From a virus, in IMG/VR virus record IMGVR_UViG_3300025703_000001, positions 1-64,000 of that record: 64,000 nt of DNA. One strand, 5' to 3'. The notes under the pieces were generated by a model. The model worked only from the letters and a program-made list of their open reading frames with translations, ran no database searches and was not told the origin of the DNA. Positions 18,465-27,465 of this stretch are shown one piece after another (within the stretch, counting starts at the first letter, position 1; the number at the start of each line of letters is the position of its first letter). A program made the translations under genes and the position numbers.

Positions 18465-18709
18465 TCCTGCGGCACTCCATCGGGCATGCTGACGTGCGTC
18501 CGTGGGTACATGTCCTCAGTCTCCACCGGCTCACATTCGCCATCACGAGACCAGTCGTACACCTGCCACCCGTGGTGCAATTCCCATCGCCTCATCCATT
18601 TCATTGCGGCGGTCCCAAGACCGACACCCAGCATCCCCATAAACAAGAGTCCGAATATGATCCATACGAACCACCGCAGACACTCCGTGAATAGATCAGT
18701 AGCACTCAT
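18443..18709 (-). CDS. Hypothetical membrane protein
   Basis: N-terminal hydrophobic helix WFVWIIFGLLFMGMLGVGL. Confidence 0.6.
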   Translation of the reverse strand: MSATDLFTECLRWFVWIIFGLLFMGMLGVGLGTAAMKWMRRWELHHGWQVYDWSRDGECEPVETEDMYPRTHVSMPDGVPQEWTESWR

Positions 18710-18914
18710 CGGGGATCACCTCAATCTTTCGTTCACAATTCGGACACTCCGCCTCGCCCACATTCTCGCCCGTCACCCACCGCGTATACACGCCAACGAA
18801 TGCCAGATCACAGGTTGGGCAGAATATGTCCTCCTCCGTTTCATCCTCAACCTGCACGTCCCAAGGATTCATTTCCCAAGACTTCAGTCTGCGCGGTTGG
18901 GGCGTCGAGAACAT
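18696..18914 (-). CDS. Zinc-ribbon protein, probably leaderless
   Basis: CPTC...CPNC; ATG 6 nt after a TACAAT -10 box. Confidence 0.65.
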   Translation of the reverse strand: MFSTPQPRRLKSWEMNPWDVQVEDETEEDIFCPTCDLAFVGVYTRWVTGENVGEAECPNCERKIEVIPDECY

Positions 18915-18920
18915 ACCCAC

Positions 18921-18948
18921 ATTGTAACTATTGCTAAACGGTTGTCAA
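18921..18948 (-). promoter_or_regulatory. Promoter TTGACA-N16-TACAAT (leaderless transcript)
   Basis: Near-consensus hexamers; ATG at predicted +1. Confidence 0.75.
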
Positions 18949-18955
18949 GAGGTTT

Positions 18956-19396
18956 CTACCACGCAGCGCAGCCGCCCTGGTCCGGCGGATCAAACTGAAT
19001 ACGCTCCGCAACCATAATCTGAGTATCCTCAGACAGATCGCTACCACCGCCATTGCCATACCAATTCACAGCACTGATCCCAAGTCCATCCGGATACGCC
19101 GAACCCTGCGGATACCAGCTGCCGCCATTCTCGCACACATTGACGCGGGACCACTCGACACGCTCGTATGGAGTGACCGTATCAATAGGGCCAGCGGGAG
19201 CCGTTGTGGTGGTCGTTGTGGTCGGCGGATCGTACAAAGCCGCTATCGGCGGTAACAGTTCCGTCCGTGGCTGAGAATAGATCACGGGGGCCGATGGTGG
19301 CATTCTAAACGATGCCGGGGCGTTCATGGATGCTGCAATTAGTAGAGTTGCGGCTAGCATTGAGCCAGCGATGATGAATGCCGAGCGGAGTCGCAT
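18956..19396 (-). CDS. Resuscitation-promoting factor-like secreted transglycosylase
   Basis: GAGG RBS; signal peptide, P/T linker, WSRVNVCENGGSW (catalytic Glu), GLGIS..NW, QIMVAERI; shortened relative to the usual Rpf domain. Confidence 0.75.
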   Translation of the reverse strand: MRLRSAFIIAGSMLAATLLIAASMNAPASFRMPPSAPVIYSQPRTELLPPIAALYDPPTTTTTTTAPAGPIDTVTPYERVEWSRVNVCENGGSWYPQGSAYPDGLGISAVNWYGNGGGSDLSEDTQIMVAERIQFDPPDQGGCAAW

Positions 19397-19578
19397 CGAC
19401 ACCTCGCTTTCGGGTCGGGCGTACATAACGCCTCTCTCTGAGTTTGGTGTTTCTTGCGGACCCCGCCTACGCATTCGCGGTTCAGTCCCGGTACCGGAAG
19501 GGTATGCGGGCCTAGACGACTAACGCCATGAACTGTGCAGCGGGTGTGTTGCTGTCCGTAGTGCAAATGGGGTATGCG

Positions 19579-19764
19579 CTACATGGCCTCCATTACCGAC
19601 CGACCATGCTGGCCATCAAGAATGATCGACGTGTTGACCGTCAGGCGATAGCACGCTTGCGGACGGAATCCAGGATTCGCCACCGTCGCTTCGTCCAGCG
19701 TGACCTCACCCGTGCTCAGCAACGCACGCAGCACCCTGGCAAGATCAGACTCGGTTGTAGGCAT
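19579..19764 (-). CDS. Hypothetical protein
   Basis: Start overlaps upstream stop (TAATG). Confidence 0.5.
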   Translation of the reverse strand: MPTTESDLARVLRALLSTGEVTLDEATVANPGFRPQACYRLTVNTSIILDGQHGRSVMEAM

Positions 19765-19976
19765 TACGGAATCCAACTGGTTACACGATCCAGTAATCCC
19801 CAACCGCCGTACACAACGAGAAAGAACGGCCAGAACACTAGCATCAGCAGGAACCCTGGACGGATCTCGTTCTCCGTCTCAAACGGCGTCCAGTCACGCC
19901 AGACGCCGAACACGGCAACGCCAATGCCGCAGATAACATAGGCCACGCTGACGATAACGATTTGGGTAACGCTCAT
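19764..19976 (-). CDS. Hypothetical membrane protein
   Basis: Two hydrophobic helices, FWPF motif. Confidence 0.6.
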   Translation of the reverse strand: MSVTQIVIVSVAYVICGIGVAVFGVWRDWTPFETENEIRPGFLLMLVFWPFFLVVYGGWGLLDRVTSWIP

Positions 19977-20272
19977 CCTGGGCACCCACACATTTCGTAC
20001 TCACCTTCCGGCTCAGGGTCGCCCTCAACCCAGTTTAGCGGCCAGCGACAGAAGTCGAATGGCGGTCCGTGGGGGTGACCACATAGCGGGCAGCCGAGAT
20101 CAGTCACGATGCACCGACACGTGGAACAACAACCATTCCAGGCTCCAATAGTCAGTCATGCTATGACGGATCGGCACCCACGTCCACCCGCCGCCAATCC
20201 ACAGGGCAATGGAGGGTTTGGTGCTTATCCACGCCTGCGTTCGGTTGCCTTTGTTCATGGATGCGTGTGTGC

Positions 20273-20497
20273 TCATCCGTATTCACCCGCCCGTATGGCG
20301 GCACTGATGACGGATAATTGCTCCACCGCATCCCACCATCCGCTGTCGTAACTTTGAGCCTTGGCGGTATCCATTTCCGTAGAATGCTCGTCTGGCTCAA
20401 ATGGCTCAGGTTTGTGCTTCATCATCAACTCGTCAATCAGCGCCAGTAGCCAGTGGTCTGCTCTCCGATCCGAAGGAAAGTGCGCCTTTTCAGACAT
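20273..20497 (-). CDS. Hypothetical protein
   Basis: ATG ORF within the operon chain. Confidence 0.55.
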   Translation of the reverse strand: MSEKAHFPSDRRADHWLLALIDELMMKHKPEPFEPDEHSTEMDTAKAQSYDSGWWDAVEQLSVISAAIRAGEYG

Positions 20498-20517
20498 TAT
20501 CGAAGAAGTAGCGGGGA

Positions 20518-20913
20518 TCAGGCATGGTCATGGATCTGCTTGGCCATGGCAGCGCACTCGGCCTTCACTTCGTCCAGGGTCCAGTGGTGGCCCTCACGCG
20601 TGATGCCCGCCACGCCGTAGTCGGTGTAGTCGCCAGCGTGAGCGCAGTCGAAGCCGAACCAGTTGCCCTCGGTCGCTCCGTGCGGCACACCGCTGAACGT
20701 GATGCCGCCGTGGACTGAGATCAGGCCCTCCGGCGTGTGCTCGTAGCAGCCGTCATGGCCGCACAGGGGCGAGCTGTAGCCCTTGTCGGCCCACGGGTGG
20801 CCCTCAGGCAGTCGGACGTAACCACAGAACCACGGGCACTCAATGGCGAGGCACTCGTAGCCCGTCGCCTCATCGGTCCATGGGTGGGTCGCCTTGATGT
20901 CGTCAGCCGGCAT
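20518..20913 (-). CDS. Conserved phage hypothetical protein
   Basis: CGYVRLPEGHPW...VHGGITF...WFGFDCAHAGD, a motif set common in phage early genes. Confidence 0.8.
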   Translation of the reverse strand: MPADDIKATHPWTDEATGYECLAIECPWFCGYVRLPEGHPWADKGYSSPLCGHDGCYEHTPEGLISVHGGITFSGVPHGATEGNWFGFDCAHAGDYTDYGVAGITREGHHWTLDEVKAECAAMAKQIHDHA

Positions 20914-20954
20914 TCTCAGTCCTTTCACAGAGCTTTTGATCGCTAATAGGTTGG

Positions 20955-21206
20955 TCAGGCATCGCAGACCGCCTTCCCGCCGAAGTGGGCGCAGATGTAC
21001 TTCTCGTCACAGAGCGTCATGTCCTCTGGGTGCCCGACGAACAGGATCAGCGTTTCCTCGTCCTCGTCGTAGTCGGTTTCCTCGATCGGCCAGTCCCAGC
21101 CGCAATGCAACTTCACCGTCACGTCGTCGCAGTACCGCATCAGAAGATCGCGGAGCTGCCCCACGGTACGCGGAGCGTCCCCTATTTGCTGCGTTTCATC
21201 CGTCAT
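20955..21206 (-). CDS. Hypothetical protein
   Basis: TVGQLRDLL motif; coupled to upstream gene. Confidence 0.55.
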   Translation of the reverse strand: MTDETQQIGDAPRTVGQLRDLLMRYCDDVTVKLHCGWDWPIEETDYDEDEETLILFVGHPEDMTLCDEKYICAHFGGKAVCDA

Positions 21207-21427
21207 TTGGAGTACCCGAACGTGGTCTGAGGCGGGGTCGGCTGGCACTTCGGGCAACGACCATCAGTCAGGGGATGGCGACATTTCGCACAGCCGAGAT
21301 GGGTTTCGACCTGGTTCAGAATGTCCAGGTGGTCCTCGATCGACTTCATGATGTTCGGGCCGATCACCTTCCGGCGTTCGCCCACAATCCGCTCGACGTA
21401 GTCCTGGAACTCGCCCACATCGCTCAT
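21203..21427 (-). CDS. Hypothetical zinc-ribbon protein
   Basis: CAKC...CPKC; ATGA coupling. Confidence 0.55.
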   Translation of the reverse strand: MSDVGEFQDYVERIVGERRKVIGPNIMKSIEDHLDILNQVETHLGCAKCRHPLTDGRCPKCQPTPPQTTFGYSK

Positions 21428-21594
21428 ATCTCACTCCCATCGCTTATCGCTGCCGTGAGCTGGGCGCAGCAATGGGTATCTAGGTTGTCCTCCCGCACGA
21501 ACTGGCCGCACAGGGAGCACCGCAGCCGATCACCACACAGAGAGCAAACCGACGAGCCGTGCCAATAGCAACCGCTCATGCAGCCCTCAGACAT
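21424..21594 (-). CDS. Cys-rich 56 aa protein, copy 1
   Basis: MSEGCMSGCYWHGSSVCSLCG...; a paralog with synonymous divergence lies at 40654-40824. Confidence 0.8.
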   Translation of the reverse strand: MSEGCMSGCYWHGSSVCSLCGDRLRCSLCGQFVREDNLDTHCCAQLTAAISDGSEI

Positions 21595-21877
21595 CATCAC
21601 GCACCTCCTTCGGATACTGCTGTGGATTTGCGCTGTGATCGTGCAGCGGGTTGTCGCACCCACACGGCGGGTCCTCCGTCACCGTGCGTTCGATGAAGTC
21701 GAACGAGTACCCGCAGGCGTTGTGAGCGGCAAGGTACGGAGCGACCCGATCTATCTCGGCCCGCAGGGTGTCGACCGTCGCGAGCCATCGCTCGTTGCGG
21801 TAGGTGGAACCTTCCCGCGCCCGCTCAAGCTCCAAGTCGGTCAGAGGTTCCGCATTAGTGGACGAGTTCTCTGTCAT
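21587..21877 (-). CDS. Hypothetical protein
   Basis: ATG ORF in chain. Confidence 0.55.
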   Translation of the reverse strand: MTENSSTNAEPLTDLELERAREGSTYRNERWLATVDTLRAEIDRVAPYLAAHNACGYSFDFIERTVTEDPPCGCDNPLHDHSANPQQYPKEVRDDV

Positions 21878-22137
21878 GCCGACACCTGATCGGGGTGCTC
21901 GCTCTTAGGCTTGCCACAATCCCCGCATGGGTCGATGATGCCCTGGGGCTTCCTGTGGTTCCATCCGCCCCACTTGCGCCAGGTGTGCATCCTCTTGGGC
22001 GGATCGGTGGTCATTGACCGCAGACGCCGGACCTGTTCGCACGACGGCATGTAGCCGACGAGTACGCCGTCCTGGTCGGTCACTGTGGGCCATGACCGCA
22101 CCACGGCATCGAACTGGGCCGAGTTGATTGGACCCAT
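21874..22137 (-). CDS. Hypothetical protein with C-terminal CxxC-H motif
   Basis: CGDCGKPKSEH; abuts upstream stop. Confidence 0.55.
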   Translation of the reverse strand: MGPINSAQFDAVVRSWPTVTDQDGVLVGYMPSCEQVRRLRSMTTDPPKRMHTWRKWGGWNHRKPQGIIDPCGDCGKPKSEHPDQVSA

Positions 22138-22491
22138 TTACCTGGCCTCCTGCGGCTCGTCGGTGAACTCCAAGTACGCCTTGACGGCAACGCTGGCCAT
22201 CTGGTCGGCGAAGACCCTGACCTCACAACCGACGTAGCCGTGGAGGATCGCTGCCGTCGCCGCTTCCAGCGCCCGCTTGTGGAACGCCGTGCAGTCCTCG
22301 CAGATGTATGCCCCCGACTCCGGCTCAACGGTGCAACGCTTCGCGCCGCTGGCGCAGCAGTCGCAGGTCACGCCGTCTGGCGCTGGCTCGGGTCCACCAG
22401 TAGGCGTCATGTTCGACATCTGGATGTCGTGCGGGAACGTGTCTGAGAAATCTTCCTCAATCATTTGGTCATCCGTCATGATTATCCGCAA
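22138..22491 (-). CDS. Hypothetical zinc-finger protein
   Basis: CDCC...GAYICEDC resembles a ClpX-type C4 finger. Confidence 0.55.
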   Translation of the reverse strand: MRIIMTDDQMIEEDFSDTFPHDIQMSNMTPTGGPEPAPDGVTCDCCASGAKRCTVEPESGAYICEDCTAFHKRALEAATAAILHGYVGCEVRVFADQMASVAVKAYLEFTDEPQEAR

Positions 22492-22634
22492 CCACCTTCA
22501 TCTTGCCAGCAGATCCGACGTACGGACCGTTGGGACCAGCGACCTTGCCGCTACCACAACCTGCGCACTCCACCCAACAGGATAGTCCAGAACCGCGCAC
22601 AATGGGGTTGTGTTTTGTTGGAATGTCGGGGATT

Positions 22635-23030
22635 TCAAACATAGATTTGGCACTCCGTGAACCGAACCGCACCCACCGTGTCGGGCGGACACTCAGGCAT
22701 CGCCTCGTCATCAGGGAACCGCTCCGCTCGATAAGTGTGACGAGGGTTCAGCCACTTTCGGTCCACATCCTCTAGCTGCTCTGCCCACCCGTCCATCTTG
22801 GCGTTGTCCCAAAGCGCCTGAATAAACCACCGTCGGTCCCAGTGACCTACGGCATAGGCAACTTCTCCGTCTTCGTCTGTCGTCACGAACGGCACCGTCA
22901 CATAGGTCCCATGCCGGAATCTCAGCACCGACCACCACCAGCGCCATCCACGGCCAACGACTCGCATGTTCAACTTAGGACGGCTAGAACTGTCAAACGG
23001 TTGAAAGTTCTCGTTTTCGGTCATCACCAT
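22635..23030 (-). CDS. Hypothetical protein
   Basis: 131 aa ORF coupled to upstream gene. Confidence 0.55.
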   Translation of the reverse strand: MVMTENENFQPFDSSSRPKLNMRVVGRGWRWWWSVLRFRHGTYVTVPFVTTDEDGEVAYAVGHWDRRWFIQALWDNAKMDGWAEQLEDVDRKWLNPRHTYRAERFPDDEAMPECPPDTVGAVRFTECQIYV

Positions 23031-23542
23031 GTCCTGTGCTGTTCGTGGACGGATTCCTGACCATCGTAGTCATGGATGTACCATTCCGCATCCGATGGCA
23101 CCTCTACAATTCGTAGCTTGGCGTGTTCGCCGTCCGCTTCCTTGCCCAGTTCCCTGACGACGCGAACCAAAAGAGGGTGGGAGCGGTTGTCGCTGAGCCA
23201 GCAATCCCACAAGTAATCAGGAGCGTTGAAACTCAGTCCACCACGGTAAATGATTTCGCCTTCGACATCCTCGGTATCGTCGCTGTAGTCGATCACGGGA
23301 ACGCCCCACTCAATCAACCTCTGGTAAGCGGCCTGGCTAATGCCAAAACCACCCCAGCATCCATTCACGACTACCGAATTGTGCAACTCCTCTTGGATCG
23401 GGAACATCTTGGCGTGATCCAGACAGGCGCGTCCGCCCCATCCTTCCGCATGGTTGTCCATCACGTAGTGAGTGGCCGGATTCTGGCACTTGACATAGTT
23501 CTGCGGGTCTTCCCACCGTCCGAGTTCGCAAGTCATGGTCAT
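23024..23542 (-). CDS. Conserved phage hypothetical protein
   Basis: VVVNGCWGGFGIS...RSHPLLVRVVRELG...IHDYDGQESVHE pattern; AAGGA RBS. Confidence 0.75.
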   Translation of the reverse strand: MTMTCELGRWEDPQNYVKCQNPATHYVMDNHAEGWGGRACLDHAKMFPIQEELHNSVVVNGCWGGFGISQAAYQRLIEWGVPVIDYSDDTEDVEGEIIYRGGLSFNAPDYLWDCWLSDNRSHPLLVRVVRELGKEADGEHAKLRIVEVPSDAEWYIHDYDGQESVHEQHRTW

Positions 23543-23605
23543 GTCCTTTCAGACTAGCAGCTGGGTGCTGCCGATCTCTGTTGTCTGTGTTTTGTTCATG
23601 TATCT

Positions 23606-23634
23606 ATTATGCGCCTGTGTAACTCAGTTGTCAA
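23606..23634 (-). promoter_or_regulatory. Promoter TTGACA-N17-CATAAT (leaderless, 16 aa leader ORF 23549-23599)
   Basis: Consensus -35, 17-nt spacer, ATG 6 nt downstream. Confidence 0.75.
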
Positions 23635-24031
23635 GCATCTTTTCTTCACGCGCTACAGCCCACCCGCGTTCATGTAGCCCGACCAGCATGAGAAATGCTA
23701 GATGAGAGGCAGACGACGGCACAACGTGCCCGTCAAGTGCAGACTTGATGTCTTGATAGGCGGGGTGACTCATCCACCATCCTTCGGCACCTGAAACTTC
23801 AGCCACCATTACAGCACGCACTCTTCCCATCGCAATCTCCACCATCATGCCAACACTGACGCCTTGAATTCGGCCACTCCACGACTTCAAGTTGGTCGCG
23901 GTCAAACAAGTAGGGGTTTTCCAAACTTCCGTCACCGCCAATGATTCTTGCCCTAGCTACGGGCGACCGGAACCCCGTACGCTCTTGGTAGCCAACAGCC
24001 ACTCTCATGAACTCATCTGGCGTTAGAAAGT

Positions 24032-24322
24032 TTATCTTTTCAACCACGGGGCCTCCAGCGGTAGATTCTCAAACGCGTAGCGACGTATTACGCGCAGACG
24101 AGCCTCTTCGGACCCATCATAGTGGTAGTCAATCAATACGGACTGAATGCAGCGGAGACGCTTTGCCTGTTCGGCATCGGTCTCTTGGCGCACGGACTCC
24201 CAGTCTATGGGTGGTGGGGTATAGCCGCCAGACGGCACCGAGGACGCCATGGTGAACCCTTGGCTATCTGGATTAGCATCAGCCGCTGCCTTGATTGTCT
24301 GAATTCTATCCTTTTCAGTCAT
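24032..24322 (-). CDS. Hypothetical protein
   Basis: ATG ORF in chain. Confidence 0.5.
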   Translation of the reverse strand: MTEKDRIQTIKAAADANPDSQGFTMASSVPSGGYTPPPIDWESVRQETDAEQAKRLRCIQSVLIDYHYDGSEEARLRVIRRYAFENLPLEAPWLKR

Positions 24323-24614
24323 GGTTCGGCTCTGGCGGCGGCTGCGTCCAACGTGTTGCCTCTACCGATGTACTCGAGCGCCAAGCGCAGCCGGGTGATC
24401 TCGTCCCTCAGCCGCTCCACGTCCATCTCACGCGCTGCCAGCGCAGACAACACGCCAGCGACATACTCGATGCTGAATGCCCTGTCACTCATCCATCTCT
24501 CCCGTCATGGGGTGCGGCGGCTGGGTGCGAGCAGCAGAAGACGGGCTGTAGCTCCCTCACGGTGTCACGTCCTCTTGGGCCAGGGCTGCGGCGGTCGGGC
24601 AAGGCCAGAACTTT

Positions 24615-24770
24615 TCACATTCGTTGCAGTAGTAGTCGCCCTAGCTCTGCTATGCGGGCCTCGGCGGCGTCCAGTTCGTCGCTCACCTTGAGCCATGCGG
24701 CATAGTTGGCGTCCCGCTCTTGCTCCATGCGTTCAGCACGTTTGCGCCAGTAGAGCGTGGCGTCAGTCAT
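24615..24770 (-). CDS. Coiled-coil 51 aa protein, paralog of 34623-34862
   Basis: Shares TLYWR.R.ER.E.ERDANYAAWLKVSDELD with 34623-34862. Confidence 0.65.
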   Translation of the reverse strand: MTDATLYWRKRAERMEQERDANYAAWLKVSDELDAAEARIAELGRLLLQRM

Positions 24771-24969
24771 CGAAGCCACCGAGCCGATTCAGGAGGTCGT
24801 CCCGCTCTTGGCGCAGAGCACCTAATTGGCGTTCAGCGTCATCTAGTAATAGCCGCAGGTGGTCCCGTTCCAGCTCTAGTTCGCTGCACCGCTGCTCGGC
24901 GGCGTTTCTTTGGGACATGGCGACGGCGAGACTATTTTCTAGGCTATTGATGTATGAGTAATCACCCAT
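24763..24969 (-). CDS. Hypothetical coiled-coil protein
   Basis: Heptad-rich 68 aa ORF. Confidence 0.55.
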   Translation of the reverse strand: MGDYSYINSLENSLAVAMSQRNAAEQRCSELELERDHLRLLLDDAERQLGALRQERDDLLNRLGGFDD

Positions 24970-25417
24970 TGTCGGCCTCTGCGAGAATCACACCAAGTCC
25001 TCTCCAGTCCAGCGGTGGGGCGGCGATCTCGTTCTCCATCACCCATTCACGCACCTTGGCAAATAATGCGGCGTACTCAGTCATCACGTCGTCAGCCAAT
25101 GTGATAACTGTGTCGCTGGTGTCGCTCGCCCCTGGCGGATGATCCAGTTTGGAGCGTTCCCACGCTTGTCTTGCGGCGGTCAACATGGTTGGTAGCTCCT
25201 TTGGTCCAGCTGGATCAACCCGTAGGGCCATCAGCCACGGCGCTCGGCTCAACACTGCTGAGCGGTCATGTCCTTTGGCGTTGAGGTAGTCGTGGCGAAA
25301 CTGGTCAGCCTCGGTATAGCTGGAGCAATACTCGTAGCCGTCCTCGTGGTCACAGCAGATGAGTTTGAGCACCCACGGTTCGGTGCGCTCCGGGTCAATC
25401 GTGTCGCTGTAGTGCAT
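24962..25417 (-). CDS. Hypothetical protein sharing a domain with 26337-26927
   Basis: PWVLKLICCDHEDGYEY...GHDRSAVL. Confidence 0.7.
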   Translation of the reverse strand: MHYSDTIDPERTEPWVLKLICCDHEDGYEYCSSYTEADQFRHDYLNAKGHDRSAVLSRAPWLMALRVDPAGPKELPTMLTAARQAWERSKLDHPPGASDTSDTVITLADDVMTEYAALFAKVREWVMENEIAAPPLDWRGLGVILAEADNG

Positions 25418-25764
25418 CAGGCGTCCTTTCGCTCGGGGCGTGGGTCAGCCAGAGCAGCCACGAGTGCGTAGTAATGCAAGGCCAGGTCGGGGTCTAGGGC
25501 ATTCGCTTCGACGTAGACCCGTGCCGCAGCTTCGATCAATCGCAGCCGCTCCACGTCCTGAGTCGGGGCCTTCAGCGATAGATCGGCTAGTCCCTGCAGC
25601 GACTTACGCAGCTTGTCGTACTCATCTTTGAGTGTGCGGAGTGCTGCCTTCGCATCATTTCCCATTCCTTCGGCATCACTTCTTGGCAGGTTGACCTCAA
25701 TGCGCACGGTATGGTTCCAGGTATTCTGTTCGCCACGACCCTCAGTTGTCAGATTCGTAGGCAT
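25417..25764 (-). CDS. Hypothetical protein
   Basis: AGGAGG RBS before ATG 25764. Confidence 0.6.
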   Translation of the reverse strand: MPTNLTTEGRGEQNTWNHTVRIEVNLPRSDAEGMGNDAKAALRTLKDEYDKLRKSLQGLADLSLKAPTQDVERLRLIEAAARVYVEANALDPDLALHYYALVAALADPRPERKDA

Positions 25765-25798
25765 CTCAGACCTCCTGTTAGAAATCTTGTCTTTTCCT

Positions 25799-26344
25799 TC
25801 ACGCCAAATTCTCCTCTGCCCACTTGCAGTATGCCGCGAACTCTTCTGGGGTGTTGTACTTTTCCCGTGCGGCCCGGTCCATCTTGTGATATCCGGCATC
25901 AGGATTGCTTCGGGACGGCAGGGCGAAGTTCTCTGGAGGATAGTAGTCCATTGGCGGTTGCGAGTATCCAGCGGCTTCTAGGGCGTCTCTCACAACGGCC
26001 CAGACTGGATGTTCGGAGCGGTCAGGGTAATCGGGGTCGTCGCTGCCCATCAGGAGCCAATCTCTTGTTTCGTTGCTCCACCAGTTAGAGTTGCCGATTC
26101 TGTTGCGACGGGCCACCATGGGCGTCCAGGTGATCCAAATCCCCTCGTCCTCGGCGCGCTTGGTAAAACACCATGGACAGATCAATCCGCCATGTCGATG
26201 CATCAGCTCGTCCCACAACGGTTGCGGCGAATGCCAAATTAGTCCGTTAAAGCCTCCGCAGTCCTGGCATGGTTCCGTTCCCGTGATCTCATAGCGCGGG
26301 GCGGCGTGTTTTTCTTCTGAAGGAATAGCGTTGCTTTCACTCAC
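25799..26344 (-). CDS. Hypothetical zinc-binding protein
   Basis: CQDC...W...LW...GLICPWCF motif. Confidence 0.6.
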   Translation of the reverse strand: MSESNAIPSEEKHAAPRYEITGTEPCQDCGGFNGLIWHSPQPLWDELMHRHGGLICPWCFTKRAEDEGIWITWTPMVARRNRIGNSNWWSNETRDWLLMGSDDPDYPDRSEHPVWAVVRDALEAAGYSQPPMDYYPPENFALPSRSNPDAGYHKMDRAAREKYNTPEEFAAYCKWAEENLA

Positions 26345-26927
26345 CGTATTCTGCCACCCTCTCCTGCACTACCGTTTGCCGGACTTCTTCTGCTCCATTT
26401 GCCGTTAGCTTTAAGATAGCCTGGCGGTCATGTCCCTTGGCGTCAAGATAATCATAGCGGAACCGATCAGCCTCCGTAAAGGTCTGGAAATACTCAAAGC
26501 CGTCAGAATGGCCACAGCAGATCAGTTCCAGCACCCAGGGTTCATATCGTGTCTCGTCAATGGTATCGCTGCACACGCACAGAGAACACCGTAAATCAGG
26601 CGCCGGATCGACGGAACCGCCTGATCCGTATTCGGTGCCAGGATCGTCTCCATAGAGAACCGCGTGCAGCCTGTTCGCCAGTTCGATCAGACGCGACTTT
26701 GGCTCATCTATCGGCAGTTGGCCCGGATACATGAAATCGAGGAAATCGCGAGCAGTGAGCAACGAAGAGCGTTGCCTCGTGGCGGTGACAAGCAGGGCGT
26801 CGCGCTCCTCAATCACATCATCGAGCGTCTGACCTAGTTCGGCGCGCTCCTCAGTTAGCCGCGTGACAAGCAGTGAGACCTTGTTCAGCTCATCCTGTAA
26901 GTTTTCAATAGTTGGATCAGTTTCCAT
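26337..26927 (-). CDS. Hypothetical protein, coiled coil plus shared domain
   Basis: PWVLELICCGHSDGFEY...GHDRQAIL. Confidence 0.7.
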   Translation of the reverse strand: METDPTIENLQDELNKVSLLVTRLTEERAELGQTLDDVIEERDALLVTATRQRSSLLTARDFLDFMYPGQLPIDEPKSRLIELANRLHAVLYGDDPGTEYGSGGSVDPAPDLRCSLCVCSDTIDETRYEPWVLELICCGHSDGFEYFQTFTEADRFRYDYLDAKGHDRQAILKLTANGAEEVRQTVVQERVAEYGE

Positions 26928-27393
26928 CGACCAGCCTCGCTCGGAATGGGCATCTCACCGGATGACCCACGTACTCGCCGCAGCCTGGACACTTCAACGA
27001 CTCCAAGCTGCATGGTTCGGTGCCCCCGTCGCCGTAAGGGCAGGTCTCTCGCCAATGTTGCACACCGTCGCATTCGCACAGTGCGTCAAGGGTGTCCTCC
27101 GTCAGTTTGGCGGCGGCTTCCGCCTGGTGTGATTCCCATGATCCCCCCTCTTGCAATGCACGCTTCAATGCTGCGTTCTCTGCTCTGAGCTGTTCACTGA
27201 GCTGCTCCAAGAGCACGTGCGATTGCTCAAGCGTCTTCGCGCGGTTCATCCACTTGACGAACCGCTCCTCGTCTATGACCGCCTGGGCTTTCAGGGTGTC
27301 CAGCTCCTTCTCCATCTCTCGATACCGGTCGGAACGGCTGAACCTGGGTGCGCTCACGGTCTCCTCCTGTTCGTATTTGCTGGCGAAATACAC
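26917..27393 (-). CDS. Hypothetical coiled-coil/Cys-rich protein
   Basis: AGGAGGAG RBS near 27360 suggests a start at the downstream GTG; Cys-rich C-terminus. Confidence 0.55.
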   Translation of the reverse strand: MYFASKYEQEETVSAPRFSRSDRYREMEKELDTLKAQAVIDEERFVKWMNRAKTLEQSHVLLEQLSEQLRAENAALKRALQEGGSWESHQAEAAAKLTEDTLDALCECDGVQHWRETCPYGDGGTEPCSLESLKCPGCGEYVGHPVRCPFRARLVDGN

Positions 27394-27465
27394 CGTTATC
27401 TAGGGAGTTTACGTACGTATAGCGTTTCTGCTATACGAAATTTGTCTGAATAGCTGTACTTTCCT

